Notes: generated by a model from the letters alone, not told the origin. A DNA stretch of 64,000 bases from Alphaproteobacteria bacterium (GCA_964291285.2 OZ219786.1:1120001-1184000); one strand, 5' to 3'; positions 1 to 10,581 are shown, counted from the first letter of the stretch. Program-made: numbers and translations.

Positions 1-2
1 GC

Positions 3-671
3 CCGCGCTACAACCAGCAGTCCATGATCCTGGTGCCGACCGACACGCCCGGCATCGAGGTCGTGCGGATGCTGAACGTGATGGGCTTCGACGACGCGCC
101 GCACGGCCACGGCGAGGTCGATTTCAAGGACGTGCGGGTGCCGGCCTCGAACATGCTGCTCGGCGAGGGGCGCGGTTTCGAGATCGCGCAGGGCCGCCTC
201 GGCCCCGGCCGCATCCACCACTGCATGCGGATCATCGGCGTGGCCGAGCGCGCGCTGGAGATGATGTGCCGGCGCGGCACCGAGCGGGTGACCTGGGGCA
301 CGCCGGTCGGCGACCGCGACAATTTCCGCGAGCGGGTGGCCGATGCGCGCATCAATATCGAGATGTGCCGCCTGCTGACGCTCAAGGCCGCCCACATGAT
401 GGACACGGTCGGCAACAAGGCCGCGCGCCAGGAAATCGCGATGATCAAGGTGGCGGCGCCGAACATGGCGCTGCAGGTCATCGACGACGCCATGCAGGCC
501 CATGGCGGCGGGGCGATGAGCCAGGCGTTCAAGCTGTCCTTCATGTGGTCGCGGATGCGGGCGCTGCGCTTCGCCGACGGCCCCGACGAGGTCCATCGCC
601 AGCAGATCGCGCGCCTTGAGATGCGCCGCCAGGTCGACTGGCCGCCCCGCGCCGCCCAGGCCGCGGAGTAG
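3..671 (+). CDS. Acyl-CoA dehydrogenase, C-terminal part (runs off window start)
   Basis: [23 protein letters not shown] and [11 protein letters not shown] motifs typical of acyl-CoA dehydrogenases; frame open from base 3. Confidence 0.9.
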   Translation, partial: PRYNQQSMILVPTDTPGIEVVRMLNVMGFDDAPHGHGEVDFKDVRVPASNMLLGEGRGFEIAQGRLGPGRIHHCMRIIGVAERALEMMCRRGTERVTWGTPVGDRDNFRERVADARINIEMCRLLTLKAAHMMDTVGNKAARQEIAMIKVAAPNMALQVIDDAMQAHGGGAMSQAFKLSFMWSRMRALRFADGPDEVHRQQIARLEMRRQVDWPPRAAQAAE

Positions 672-687
672 GGACCGGGGGCGGCGC

Positions 688-1497
688 ATGAGCATCCCGG
701 CGCCCCGGCCGCTGCATCCCTCGCTCGGCGCGGAAATCTGCGGCCTCGACCTCCGGGAGACATTGTCTCCGGAGGACCGGGCCGCGGTGGCCGCCACGCT
801 CGCCGAGCATATCGTGCTCGTGTTCCGCGACCAGACTTTCACGCCTGCCGAGTATCTGGCGGCCTGCTCGCAGCTCGGCGAACCGATGGCGCAGCATTAC
901 AGCCAGCACAACATGCCGGACCAGCCGATGATCGGGCGCATCTGGCACCGCAACGGCCAGCTCCCCGCCGAGCACTGGCACACGGACCACACCAACCGCG
1001 AGCGCCCGCCCAAGGCGACGATCCTATACGGCGTGGAAATCCCGCCCGAGGGCGGCGACACCAGCTTCGCCAACATGCGCGCGGCCTGGGCGGGGCTGGA
1101 CGCGGAAGAACAGGAGAGTCTCGCCGGGCTGAAGACGGTCAACGGCCTCGACCGGCACCTGACCGACACACGCAGCGAGGACCGGGAGAAATACGATATC
1201 CCGGCCGTCCACCCGGTGGTCCGCACCCATCCCGAGCACGGCTCCAGGGCACTCTATTTCCACATCACCAAGGCCCGCCGCATCGAGGGCATGACGCCGG
1301 AGGACACGCAGGCGCTGCTGCAGGACCTGCTGGACCGCACGATCCGGGACAGCAACGTCTATCGCCACAGCTGGCGGCAGGGCGACATGGTGGTCTGCGA
1401 CAACCGGGCCGCGATGCACCGCGCCCACGGCGACTACGACCGCCGGCACCCCCGGACGCTATGGCGCATCATCCTGGAGGGCGACCGTCCCGTGTGA
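688..1497 (+). CDS. TauD/TfdA family Fe(II)/2-oxoglutarate dioxygenase
   Basis: LGAEICGLDL N-terminus, WHTD (HxD) motif, WRQGDMVVCDNRAAMHR distal His; ATG at 688. Confidence 0.9.
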   Translation: MSIPAPRPLHPSLGAEICGLDLRETLSPEDRAAVAATLAEHIVLVFRDQTFTPAEYLAACSQLGEPMAQHYSQHNMPDQPMIGRIWHRNGQLPAEHWHTDHTNRERPPKATILYGVEIPPEGGDTSFANMRAAWAGLDAEEQESLAGLKTVNGLDRHLTDTRSEDREKYDIPAVHPVVRTHPEHGSRALYFHITKARRIEGMTPEDTQALLQDLLDRTIRDSNVYRHSWRQGDMVVCDNRAAMHRAHGDYDRRHPRTLWRIILEGDRPV

Positions 1498-1514
1498 CGC
1501 CGACGGGCTCTGCT

Positions 1515-2228
1515 CTATCGCGCCGCCGCCATGAAGTTCTCGTAGAGGGTGGCCGAGGCGCTCAGGAAGCCGGGCATTTCCCGCTCGGCCTCCGCGCGCA
1601 ACTCAGCGACGCCGTTTTCACCCATGACGGCGATCAGGTCCTCCAGATAGTCGGGGATCGTGGCCCAGTTCTCGACCGTGTCCGGCTCGACCTCGACATG
1701 GTACTGCATCGACCAGGCGTTCCCGTTCACCCGCATGGCCTGGATCGCGCATAGCGGGGACCGCGCGAGGACGGCGGCGCCCTCGGGGGCCTGGGCAACC
1801 CTGACGCCGTGCCATTGCAGACATTTCTGCCTGACCGGCAATCCCCTCATCAGCGGGTCGTTTCGCCCGTCCTCCGTCAGTTCGATGTCCAGAATGCCGA
1901 TCTCCGGCGGCGCCTGGGGACCGCAGGTGCCGCCAAGGGCGTCCGCCAGCAACTGGTGGCCGAGGCAGATGCCGAGAAAGGGTTTCCCCATCCCGCGCAC
2001 CCATTGGCGGATGGCCGTTTTCTCGGCCACCAGCCAGGGGTTGTCCTCGATATCCCAGACGTCCATCGGGCCGCCCATGACCCAAAGCGCATCATAGCCG
2101 TCAAGGTCGGGAATGGCGTCGCCCCGGTCGAGTTCGACCGCGTCCCAGCGGACGCCGTCCCGGGCCAGAAGCCGGCGCAGCGACCCGGGGTGTTCGCATT
2201 CCACATGCTGGAAAACAAGCAGCTTCAT
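1515..2228 (-). CDS. Type 1 glutamine amidotransferase-like protein
   Basis: MKLLVFQHVECEHPG start, GGPMDV, GICLGHQ (catalytic Cys), QYHVE; start overlaps stop of the permease. Confidence 0.9.
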   Translation of the reverse strand: MKLLVFQHVECEHPGSLRRLLARDGVRWDAVELDRGDAIPDLDGYDALWVMGGPMDVWDIEDNPWLVAEKTAIRQWVRGMGKPFLGICLGHQLLADALGGTCGPQAPPEIGILDIELTEDGRNDPLMRGLPVRQKCLQWHGVRVAQAPEGAAVLARSPLCAIQAMRVNGNAWSMQYHVEVEPDTVENWATIPDYLEDLIAVMGENGVAELRAEAEREMPGFLSASATLYENFMAAAR

Positions 2229-3118
2229 ACCTTGCCCTTCCAGGGGACAAGGGACCGTTCGATCCGGCGCATGATGAGGTCGAAGACGAACGCCACAGCG
2301 CCAATGACGATGATGCCGAGAAAGACGATGTCGGTGGCGAGGAACCGGGCGGCATTCAGCACCATCACGCCGATCCCGGCCTTGGCGGCCACCATCTCGG
2401 CAGCGACCAGCGTCGTCCATCCGAACGCAATCGCGACACGCATGCCCGTCAGGATTTCCGGAAGCGCGCCCTTCAGCACGACCTGGCGCAGCACCTGCCG
2501 GTGGCTCGCCCCCATCGAGTAGGCGGCGTGGATCTGCTCGATGGACACCGAGCGCACGCCCGCGCGGGCGTTTATGGCGATCGGCGCGAAACAGGCGAGG
2601 TAAATCAGGAACAGCTTGCCGGCCTCGCCGATCCCGAACCAGATAATCGTGAGCGGCAGGTAGGCGAGCGGCGGGATCGGACGATAGAACTCGATGGGCG
2701 GATCGAAAATGCCGCGCGCATGGCGGTTCATCCCCATCGCGATGCCGATCGGGACCGCGGTTACGGTCGCAAGCGCAAAGGCGCCGAACACGCGGTAGAG
2801 GCTCCAGAGAATGTGCTCGTGCAGCGCGTGGTCGCTGAAGCCGAAGCACTTCGCCTCGACCTTCTCCATGCCGCCGACCGTAACCAGCAGCCGCTCGAAA
2901 TAATGGTCGGTGCAGGCGATCTTGGCGAACTTCGAGATCACCATTTCGGGCGCAGGCAGGAATAGGGGCCTGATCAGCCCGAGCTGGGTGATCGCCCACC
3001 AGCCCCCGAGCAGCAGGACGATGGTGACCGCGCTGATGACGGTGGCGGAGCCTCGCCCCGGCGCGCCGTACTGCTCCACCGCCTGCGCCGCGCGCCGTCT
3101 GAAAATTCCGACCTTCAT
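2225..3118 (-). CDS. tauC: Taurine/sulfonate ABC transporter permease (TauC-like)
   Basis: YRPIPPLAYLPL, AAYSMGAS EAA-loop region, GWTTLVAAEMVAA, PWKGK end. Confidence 0.85.
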   Translation of the reverse strand: MKVGIFRRRAAQAVEQYGAPGRGSATVISAVTIVLLLGGWWAITQLGLIRPLFLPAPEMVISKFAKIACTDHYFERLLVTVGGMEKVEAKCFGFSDHALHEHILWSLYRVFGAFALATVTAVPIGIAMGMNRHARGIFDPPIEFYRPIPPLAYLPLTIIWFGIGEAGKLFLIYLACFAPIAINARAGVRSVSIEQIHAAYSMGASHRQVLRQVVLKGALPEILTGMRVAIAFGWTTLVAAEMVAAKAGIGVMVLNAARFLATDIVFLGIIVIGAVAFVFDLIMRRIERSLVPWKGKV

Positions 3119-3915
3119 GGCGGCCCGTTGCCGGTCTCTTCGCCGTAGATGATCGACAGCACTTCCTCGCGAAGCGCGATGAAGTCGGACGACGACTTGA
3201 CCGCCCTCGCATTGCCGGTCTCGAAGAAACGGTTGCAGAAGTCGATATCGTAGGTGTGCGTAATCCGGCCCGGCCTGGGCGACATCACGATCAGCCGCGT
3301 CGCCATGAACAGGGCTTCCTCGACACTGTGGGTGATGAAGAACACCACCTTCCCGGTCTTGCTCCAAGCGTCCAGCACGAGCTCCTGCATGTTCTCCCGC
3401 GTGAAGGCGTCGAGCGCTCCCAGCGGTTCGTCCATGAGCAGCATGTCCGGATTGCAGGTCAGTGCCCGGGCAAGGCCGACGCGCTGCTGCATGCCCCCGG
3501 AGAGCTGGTAGATCGGATAGCGTTCGAAGTCCGAGAGGCCCACCAGGGCCAGATATTCGCGCGCCCGGGAAAGGCGTTCCTCCTTCTGGACGCCCTGGAG
3601 CTTCAGCCCGAATTCGGTGTTCTCCAGCACGTTGAGCCAGGGCAGCAGGGCGTGTTTCTGGAAGACCACGCCGCGGTCCGGTCCGGGGCCGCGGATCGGC
3701 GTGTCCTTGTGAAGGACCTCGCCCGAGGTCGGCTGCAGGAAGCCCGCTATGACATTGAGCAATGTCGTCTTGCCGCAGCCCGACGCGCCGAGAGCCACGA
3801 CGAACTCGTTGTCGCGGAAGTCCAGGCTCACATTGTCGAGCGCCCGGACGACGCCCTCGCCCTCCACCGCCGGAAACTCGACGGTCACGCGATCGAGACT
3901 GACGACTGCGGTCAT
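3115..3915 (-). CDS. tauB: Taurine/sulfonate ABC transporter ATP-binding protein (TauB-like)
   Basis: Walker A GASGCGKT, LSGGMQQR signature, LLMDEP Walker B. Confidence 0.88.
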   Translation of the reverse strand: MTAVVSLDRVTVEFPAVEGEGVVRALDNVSLDFRDNEFVVALGASGCGKTTLLNVIAGFLQPTSGEVLHKDTPIRGPGPDRGVVFQKHALLPWLNVLENTEFGLKLQGVQKEERLSRAREYLALVGLSDFERYPIYQLSGGMQQRVGLARALTCNPDMLLMDEPLGALDAFTRENMQELVLDAWSKTGKVVFFITHSVEEALFMATRLIVMSPRPGRITHTYDIDFCNRFFETGNARAVKSSSDFIALREEVLSIIYGEETGNGPP

Positions 3916-4009
3916 CGGTAAGCGGGCTTCATGCGAGGCGGGAGGCCCTGGCCCCGGCGGCCGGGGCCTCCCTGCGCAGCGTCCGGCGCTATCGTCCGCC
4001 GGCAGCCGT

Positions 4010-5008
4010 TCAGCAGCCGCCGTCCATCACCATCTGGGCGAATTTGGGCGTGGCGGAAGCAGAGTAGTCGTCGAGGACGCTGTCCAGCTTGCCCTGCGAC
4101 ACCAGGAACTCCGAGGCCGCCATCAATGCGCTCTGCACGCCGCCGCCGAGCCAGGTGGCCGACACCTGTTCCTCAAGCGTCGGATAGTCGTAGAGCGCGA
4201 GCACGCCGCCGACCTGGTCCGCATTGCCGGAAACCGCGTTGGCGATGCCCATCGCATTGTCCGTGCCCGGTCCGTAGGCGCCAGGGTTCATGCGGTAGTC
4301 CGCGTCCGCCGACGAGACCATCTTGACCCACTGGCAGGCGAACTCCGGGTTCTCGTCGGTGAAGCCCTTGCGCGCCACCATGGCGTCGAAGGTGGCCTTG
4401 CCCCAATTGCTCAGGTCGCCCGAGGTCAGCAGCACCCGGCCCTTTTCCTTCATGCGGCCGAGGGCCGGGTCCCAGACGAACCCGCCATTGATGTCGCCGC
4501 GTTCCCAGGCCGCCACCATGTCCGGCGGCGACATGTCGAGAACTTCGAGGTCCCCGGTCGGGATGTTGAACTGCTCCAGCGCAAACATCATGTGGAAATG
4601 GGTCGTGGAGCCGAAGGGAACCGCGATGGTCTTCCCCTTGAGGTCCTGCGGGGCGGTGACGGAGTCGTCCACGACCAGCGCTTCGGCATTGTTGATGTTG
4701 TCGTAGATGTAGATGACCTGGAGATCGACGCCCCGGCTGTAGCCCGCCGCCGTCGGCGACGAACCGTTGAGCGAGATGTCCACAGAGCCCGACGCCATGG
4801 CGTTGATGACCTCGGTACCGGAGGTGAATTTCACGAACTCGATGCTCTTGCCGCCGAGGCCGTTCGCCTTGAGTTCCTCCATCTCGGCCTTCCACGGCCC
4901 ATAGACGAGCTGGTAGCCGACCGTGACATCGGCCGCATGCGCATTCGCAGCCATGCCGGCCAGCGCGCAAACGGCTATGGCCGCGACCGAACGCAGATAT
5001 CTTTTCAT
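4010..5008 (-). CDS. tauA: Taurine ABC transporter substrate-binding protein (TauA-like)
   Basis: Signal peptide ending AHA-A, VTVGYQ, DLKGKTIAVPFGSTTHF, AAWERGDINGGFVWDP; GGAGGA RBS before ATG 5008. Confidence 0.82.
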   Translation of the reverse strand: MKRYLRSVAAIAVCALAGMAANAHAADVTVGYQLVYGPWKAEMEELKANGLGGKSIEFVKFTSGTEVINAMASGSVDISLNGSSPTAAGYSRGVDLQVIYIYDNINNAEALVVDDSVTAPQDLKGKTIAVPFGSTTHFHMMFALEQFNIPTGDLEVLDMSPPDMVAAWERGDINGGFVWDPALGRMKEKGRVLLTSGDLSNWGKATFDAMVARKGFTDENPEFACQWVKMVSSADADYRMNPGAYGPGTDNAMGIANAVSGNADQVGGVLALYDYPTLEEQVSATWLGGGVQSALMAASEFLVSQGKLDSVLDDYSASATPKFAQMVMDGGC

Positions 5009-5289
5009 GGTTTGTCCTCCCGCGTCGATTGCTCCGTCACACTCCAATCGGACGGTGCTCCTGAACCCGATTCCACCGGGCCCCATCGGTCGAATTATCG
5101 TAGTCCAGTCATGGGACGATTGCAAAGTCCGCATCGGGCCGGAGACAAAGAAATTCCGCTTTCCTTCCGGACATCCACCCTTGGCCGACGCCCCGATTCA
5201 GTCCGGCTCCAATGTCGGCACCGGCATTGAGGTCCCGGCAGTGGAGCCCTGGCGCTTCGCAACGGCATGATTGGACCCGAGACGGAAGC

Positions 5290-5730
5290 AGCATGTTGTT
5301 AATTGAATCTTGGTAACAAATCCGTAAATGATTTGATTCCTGAAAATCAGATGCTACATTAGGCTGGACGGGGCGGCGTCCGGGGACCGCTTCGTGCTCC
5401 GCGGCGGCGATGCGAAAAAACCTGAGGAGCTGACAGGGCATATGCGCCCTGCGTTCGGGGTTTCGCGCACGCAGGCACAATCGGGCGCGCGATGCACGCG
5501 CCGCCGCGAAACGCGGGCGGGCACGCCCGCTCGCCCGCGCACATTACACGCAAAGTAGGGTCCCGCTGCTCGGACAAGCCGGCGGCGGAGATGGACGGAT
5601 CGAAACCGGGGCGACAGGAAGAACCTATGCCGAAGATAGAGGACCGCCGAAACCGGATGGAATACCCGCACCCCATGCCCAAACGGGCGACGGGATATGC
5701 GCCGCGCACACGCAGATCATGACATTTCCG
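5290..5730 (+). repeat. Dispersed intergenic element, copy A
   Basis: Shares ordered motifs with copies B-D: TTGATT-N16-TACATT, hairpin, AAAAAACC, GCACAATCGGGCGCGCGA, TACACGCAAAGTAGGGTCCCGCTGC, CATGCCCAAACGGGCGACGGGATATGC, CATGACATTTC; boundaries approximate. Confidence 0.75.
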
Positions 5731-5835
5731 GTGGAGTAGGTCCCTTGGGCCGGACAGTCCGATCGAGAAGACCTGTCAACTCGACAGGGATTGGAAGGAT
5801 CGCACCCATGAGGAAACACCGGGCGCCTCCTTCTC

Positions 5836-7116
5836 TCAGCCTTGCTGAACCTGCCTCGGGTTCGTCGATGCCGAACCCCGGTCCCCGAACTCCCGGCTCG
5901 CGGCGGCGAGCGCCGCCTCCCTGCCGGGGCCGGCGACCGCCTGCAGCGCGAAGGGCATGCCGTTCGCCATGCGTCCGCAGGGGAAGGCGAGCGCCGGCAG
6001 GCCGGTGAGATTGGCGAAGGCCAGCAATTCGGCCTGGTTGGCGGGCGCCTTGCGCGAGCGCGGGAACGGGCCGCAGGGGGCGACCGGCGCAATGATGACG
6101 GCGTCGCCGATGCGTTCGGCAGCATCCTCCCGGATACGCCGGAGCGTCTCCCGCGCCGCCGCCAGGCGCTCGGGCGCCAGCTTCGCGCCGTAGTGGAGGA
6201 AGCCGCGCAATTCGTCGGATGCGCCATCGGGCATGCCGAGCGCCGCGTAGGCTTCCGCCTCTATGACCAGCAGGCCCGCCTTGCGCGCCGCCGAAGGTTC
6301 GTAACCCGGCCAGTCCAGCGCCGGCAGGTCGAGCGCGGGCATGGCGTCCTCGACATCCGCTTCGAGCGGATATCCGTCGAAGGCGGAGAGCCTGACCGGA
6401 TGCCAGCTTCCCTCCGGCGCCGCCGGTTGCGCCGCCATGACCTCAAGCAGCGCCAGCGCGTCGTCGGCCGTGCGTGCAAGCGGCCCCGCATGGTCGAGGC
6501 TCGGCGCGAGCGGCGCCACGCCGTCCAGCGGCACCGCGCCCTGCGTCGGCTTCAGCCCGAAGCAGCCGCAATAGGCCGCCGGCAGGCGTATCGAGCCCAT
6601 GGTGTCGGAGCCGAGCGCGGCAGCCGCAAGTCCGGCCGCCACGGCCGCGCCCGAGCCGCCGCTCGACCCGCCCGCCGTCCAGCCCTCGCGGTGCGGATTG
6701 TGCGTCATGCCCCAATGCGGATTGAAGGTCGTCGTGCCGAAGGCCGCCTCATGCAGGTTAGTCTTGCCGAGCAGCACCGCGCCCGCGTCCCGGAGCCGCG
6801 CGATGACGGGCGCGTCCGCCTCTGCGCGCCTCCCGCCCGGCAGGCCGTTCGCGGTCACGGCGCCGACCATGTCGATATTGTCCTTGACCGCGACGGGCGC
6901 GCCGTCGATGGCGGAAGCCGGCCTGCCCGCCCGCCAGCGCGCCGCGGATGCCGCCGCCGCCTCGCGCGCGGCTTCGGCGGTGACGGCAACATAGGCGTTG
7001 AGCCGGGGGTTCTCGCGCGCGAGCCGGTCGAGATAGGCCTCGGTGACCGCGACGGGATCGAGACGTCCGGCGGCGTAGCCCTCTCGCAGTTCGGACAGTG
7101 AAAGCTCGGTGCTCAT
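5836..7116 (-). CDS. Amidase (amidase-signature family)
   Basis: VAVKDNID, GGSSGGS, GSDTMGSIRLPA. Confidence 0.9.
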   Translation of the reverse strand: MSTELSLSELREGYAAGRLDPVAVTEAYLDRLARENPRLNAYVAVTAEAAREAAAASAARWRAGRPASAIDGAPVAVKDNIDMVGAVTANGLPGGRRAEADAPVIARLRDAGAVLLGKTNLHEAAFGTTTFNPHWGMTHNPHREGWTAGGSSGGSGAAVAAGLAAAALGSDTMGSIRLPAAYCGCFGLKPTQGAVPLDGVAPLAPSLDHAGPLARTADDALALLEVMAAQPAAPEGSWHPVRLSAFDGYPLEADVEDAMPALDLPALDWPGYEPSAARKAGLLVIEAEAYAALGMPDGASDELRGFLHYGAKLAPERLAAARETLRRIREDAAERIGDAVIIAPVAPCGPFPRSRKAPANQAELLAFANLTGLPALAFPCGRMANGMPFALQAVAGPGREAALAAASREFGDRGSASTNPRQVQQG

Positions 7117-8375
7117 GGCGCAGCCTCGCGGCTTCGTTGGCGGCGACCGTGCCACAGGACCAGGAGGCCAGCCAGCAGGTGCAGCCCGGCGAGGCCCAGC
7201 AGCGGCCGGAAATAGGCGCCGGTTGCGTCGAAGAGCCACCCGGTCACGGCGGTCGCGAGGCTTGCCATGACGAACATGCCGGCCGCCGTGAGGCCGTAGG
7301 CCGTGCCATAGCCGTCCTGGCCGAAGCCGTCCACCAGCAGCAGCGGCGGCAGCATCACGATGCAGCCGATGACGAAGCCGGCGATGGCAGAGGCGATGAA
7401 CAGCAATGCAGGCGGCTCCCCGGCCAGCAGCAACAGCAACCCCAACGCCTGGACCAGGTAGCAGCCGGCGGCCAGAACCGGGAGCGGGAAGCGGGCGACC
7501 AGCGCTCCCAGCACGAACCGGCCCAGAGCCGCGCTCACCGACGCAATGCTGACCGCGAAGGCCGCGCCGGAAAGTCCGAGAGGGCCTTGCAGCAGGGGTA
7601 TCTGGTGCATCAGGAACCCCACCTGGGCGCCGAGCGAAAGGCTGCAGGCCGATGCAATGACCCAGAACCGCAGGTCGCCCAGGAACCGCGCCGGCGACGG
7701 CCGGCCCCGTGTGTCCGGCGCGGTCGCCGCGCCCGTTTCCCTCGCGGCCTCCTGTCCTTCGGGCGGCCGGACGAGCAAGAGCGCGACCGGCAGCACCGAG
7801 AGGATGAGCGCCGCGCCGATGCCCGTCATGGCGGCGTCGAAACCGTATCGGGCGGAAAGCCACGCCATCAGTGGCGGCATGACCGCGCCGCCGGCGCTCG
7901 CCCCGGTCAGCGCAATGCCGAGAGCAAGGCCGAGCCGGCGCCTGAACCACGGCACCAGCGCGGCGCTGACCGCCATGGCCGCCAGGCCCGGATAGGCGCT
8001 GCCCATGAGCGCGAAGATCACGAAAAGCTGCCAGCGAGCCTCGAAGAAGCCTGCTTCGAACGCCGCCAGCGCGAAGCAGCCCGCCGCCATGGCCAGCGTG
8101 CCGTACACCACCGTCGGCCGCGCGCCGAAACGGTCGGCAATCCGGCCCATTGCAAGGCTGGCAGCCACGTTCACGAGCCAGAACCCCGCCACGACGCTGG
8201 AAAGGAGAGAGGCCGGCCAGCCGGTCGAGCGGCCCAGCACGGCCATGTAGAACCCGTGGCCGTAAAACCCGACGCCCCAGGCGTAGAACGCCATGACGAA
8301 GCCGCCGGCCGCCACCCACCAGCCGCGGTAGATGCCGCAGGCCGCGCCGTCGTCCGAGTGCAGACCGGATGTCAC
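7113..8375 (-). CDS. MFS transporter
   Basis: About 12 hydrophobic segments, GRIADRFGAR motif A, WFRRRLGLALG. Confidence 0.88.
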   Translation of the reverse strand: MTSGLHSDDGAACGIYRGWWVAAGGFVMAFYAWGVGFYGHGFYMAVLGRSTGWPASLLSSVVAGFWLVNVAASLAMGRIADRFGARPTVVYGTLAMAAGCFALAAFEAGFFEARWQLFVIFALMGSAYPGLAAMAVSAALVPWFRRRLGLALGIALTGASAGGAVMPPLMAWLSARYGFDAAMTGIGAALILSVLPVALLLVRPPEGQEAARETGAATAPDTRGRPSPARFLGDLRFWVIASACSLSLGAQVGFLMHQIPLLQGPLGLSGAAFAVSIASVSAALGRFVLGALVARFPLPVLAAGCYLVQALGLLLLLAGEPPALLFIASAIAGFVIGCIVMLPPLLLVDGFGQDGYGTAYGLTAAGMFVMASLATAVTGWLFDATGAYFRPLLGLAGLHLLAGLLVLWHGRRQRSREAAP

Positions 8376-9724
8376 CGCTCGTCGATCAGTCTCAGCGGTT
8401 TCTGCCGTTCGCGGATTTGCGTGAGGGCGGCCGTTCCGCCAGGCCCGGCGAGCTCGACTGCGACCTGCACGCCGAGGCCCCGCTTCAGACGTTCGGCCAC
8501 CTCCTCCGCCAGCCTCTCGTCAGGCTTTCGCGTCTCTACCATGACCGCCATTTCCTCGCGCCCGGCGGCCCGGAACACGCGGCAGACATATTCCCCGGTC
8601 AGTGCCGCATGATCTGCGAGAAGCGCCCCGATGGCCGTCGGGTAAACATTGATGCCGCGCAGCTTCACCATATTGTCCGACCGGCCCTCGAAGCCCGACA
8701 TGCGGCGGAAGTTGATGCCGGAGGCCGTGTCCGGCGCGGAGAGCGTCGTCAGATCCTTGGTGTCGAAGCGGACGATGGGATAGATGCCGGTCTTGAAAAG
8801 CACGGTCGCGCAAAGATTGCCGGCATGGCCGTCCTCGACCGGCGCGCCGCTCTCCGGGTCGAGCGCTTCCACGAGGTGCGCATCCTCGAAGATGTGCAGG
8901 CCGCTCCGGCTCGGGCTTTCGGCGGCGATGACGCCGGTATCGCCGACCCCGTACCAGTCGTACACCGCCGCGCCGCCCCAGGCATCGGAAACCGCCTGCC
9001 GGTCGTCGCGGCCGAAATGGCCGAGGACCAGGCGGAGCGGAATCGTCAGGCCCTTCTTCTCAGCGGTTTCGGCGAGGTGGCGGACATAGTCGGCGAACCC
9101 GACCAGCACAGTCGCGCCGAGCCGCGCCATGGTCTCCACCTGCTGCTCGGACGGCATGTCGCGCCCGGTGCCGGCGGGAACCAGCAGCGCGTCCGTGAAA
9201 TGCGTCACCGCCTCGCGGACATAATGGCCGCCATTGACCGTGCCGAAGCCGTAAACGGAGTGAACGACATCGTCGTCCCTGAGCCCCATCAGGCGGTAGG
9301 CGCGGGCCAGCAGCAGGTTCTGGATTTCGCGGTCTTCGGCCCCGTAGAACAAAGGTTGCGGCACGCCCGTAGTGCCCGAAGTCGTATGGAAGACGGCGAA
9401 GGCGTTGGCGGCGTTGCGCCCAGCGAAGGTTCCGAAAGGCGGAGCTTCGGCCACGCTCGCCATCAGGTCGTCCTTGGAGAAGGACGGGACCCGCGGCAGG
9501 TCGTCGAGGCCGGCAATGTCGCCCGGCTCCAGCCCCGCCGCGGTCCACCGGTCGCGATAGAACGGCACCTGCCAGGCGCGTTCCATTACGCGGGCGAAGC
9601 GCCGCTCCTGCAGCGCCCGCAGCGCATCGCGCGAAAGCGCCGCCGGCCCGTCCAGGAACGCCCGGCCCATCGGGTAGTCGCCGAGCATGGCCGCGACATC
9701 GAGCCGGCTGAACAGGCCGCTCAC
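8372..9724 (-). CDS. Phenylacetate-CoA ligase (PaaK)-like AMP-forming ligase
   Basis: HTTSGTTG, YDWYGVGD, GRSDNMVKLRGINVYP; GTG start overlapping upstream TGA. Confidence 0.85.
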   Translation of the reverse strand: MSGLFSRLDVAAMLGDYPMGRAFLDGPAALSRDALRALQERRFARVMERAWQVPFYRDRWTAAGLEPGDIAGLDDLPRVPSFSKDDLMASVAEAPPFGTFAGRNAANAFAVFHTTSGTTGVPQPLFYGAEDREIQNLLLARAYRLMGLRDDDVVHSVYGFGTVNGGHYVREAVTHFTDALLVPAGTGRDMPSEQQVETMARLGATVLVGFADYVRHLAETAEKKGLTIPLRLVLGHFGRDDRQAVSDAWGGAAVYDWYGVGDTGVIAAESPSRSGLHIFEDAHLVEALDPESGAPVEDGHAGNLCATVLFKTGIYPIVRFDTKDLTTLSAPDTASGINFRRMSGFEGRSDNMVKLRGINVYPTAIGALLADHAALTGEYVCRVFRAAGREEMAVMVETRKPDERLAEEVAERLKRGLGVQVAVELAGPGGTAALTQIRERQKPLRLIDER

Positions 9725-10581
9725 GGCAGGCAGTCCGCTATGTCCCGCCTGAGCGCCACCCAGACGCCTTCGTGCCCCTCGGCATGGTCGAGGAAGCGCT
9801 CCAGCCAGCCGATGCGGCCGGGGCGCCCGATGATCCGCAGATGCACGCCGAGGCTCATCATTTTCGGCGCCCCCTCGACGCCCTCCCGGTAAAGCCGGTC
9901 GAAGCTCTCCCGCGAATAGTCGAACCATTGCGCCGGCGTATAGGCGGGGTCGGTCCACATCTTCATGTCGTTGGTATCGAGCGCATAGGGCACGACCGCA
10001 ATCCGGCCCGCGGGTTCTTCGTGCCAGAAAGGCAGGTCGTCCGAATAGTCGTCCATGTGGTAGGCGAAGCCTTCCTCGATCAGCAGCCGCCTCGTGTTGT
10101 CGGTGAGCAGATAGCGCGAGAGCCAGCCGCTCGGGCGCGCGCCGGTCGTCCGCTCGATCGAGGCGGCGGCGTCCCTTATGAAGGCGCGCTCCTGCTCCTC
10201 CTCCATGCGGAACTGGTGAACCCAGCGATGCCCGTGCGCGCAGACCTCATGCCCGCCCGCCGTAATCCGCGCGGCGAGATCCGGCGCACGCTCCAGCGCC
10301 ACCGCCGCTGCGGTGAAGGTCGCCTTCAGCCCGCGCTCTTCCAGCAGCCGCATAACCCTGGGCGCACCTGCCCTGATGCCGTAGGCGTAGTTGCTTTCGT
10401 TGCCGTAATTGCGGACCGCGCGCCTCGGGCTGGCGCCCAGCTCGTCTACGGGCTCCGGGAAGGGGTCGCCATCGTCGATGCGGGCCTCCGCGCCCTCCTC
10501 GACATTCACCACCAGGGAGAGCGCGATCCGTGCCCCGCCGGGCCAGGGCGCCCGGCGCCACTCGCTGTCGTTCATTCCCAT
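9721..10581 (-). CDS. Polysaccharide deacetylase family protein (PuuE allantoinase-like)
   Basis: WPGGARIALSLVVNVEEG, HEVCAHGHRW, PYALDTND, HLRIIGRPGR. Confidence 0.85.
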   Translation of the reverse strand: MGMNDSEWRRAPWPGGARIALSLVVNVEEGAEARIDDGDPFPEPVDELGASPRRAVRNYGNESNYAYGIRAGAPRVMRLLEERGLKATFTAAAVALERAPDLAARITAGGHEVCAHGHRWVHQFRMEEEQERAFIRDAAASIERTTGARPSGWLSRYLLTDNTRRLLIEEGFAYHMDDYSDDLPFWHEEPAGRIAVVPYALDTNDMKMWTDPAYTPAQWFDYSRESFDRLYREGVEGAPKMMSLGVHLRIIGRPGRIGWLERFLDHAEGHEGVWVALRRDIADCLP

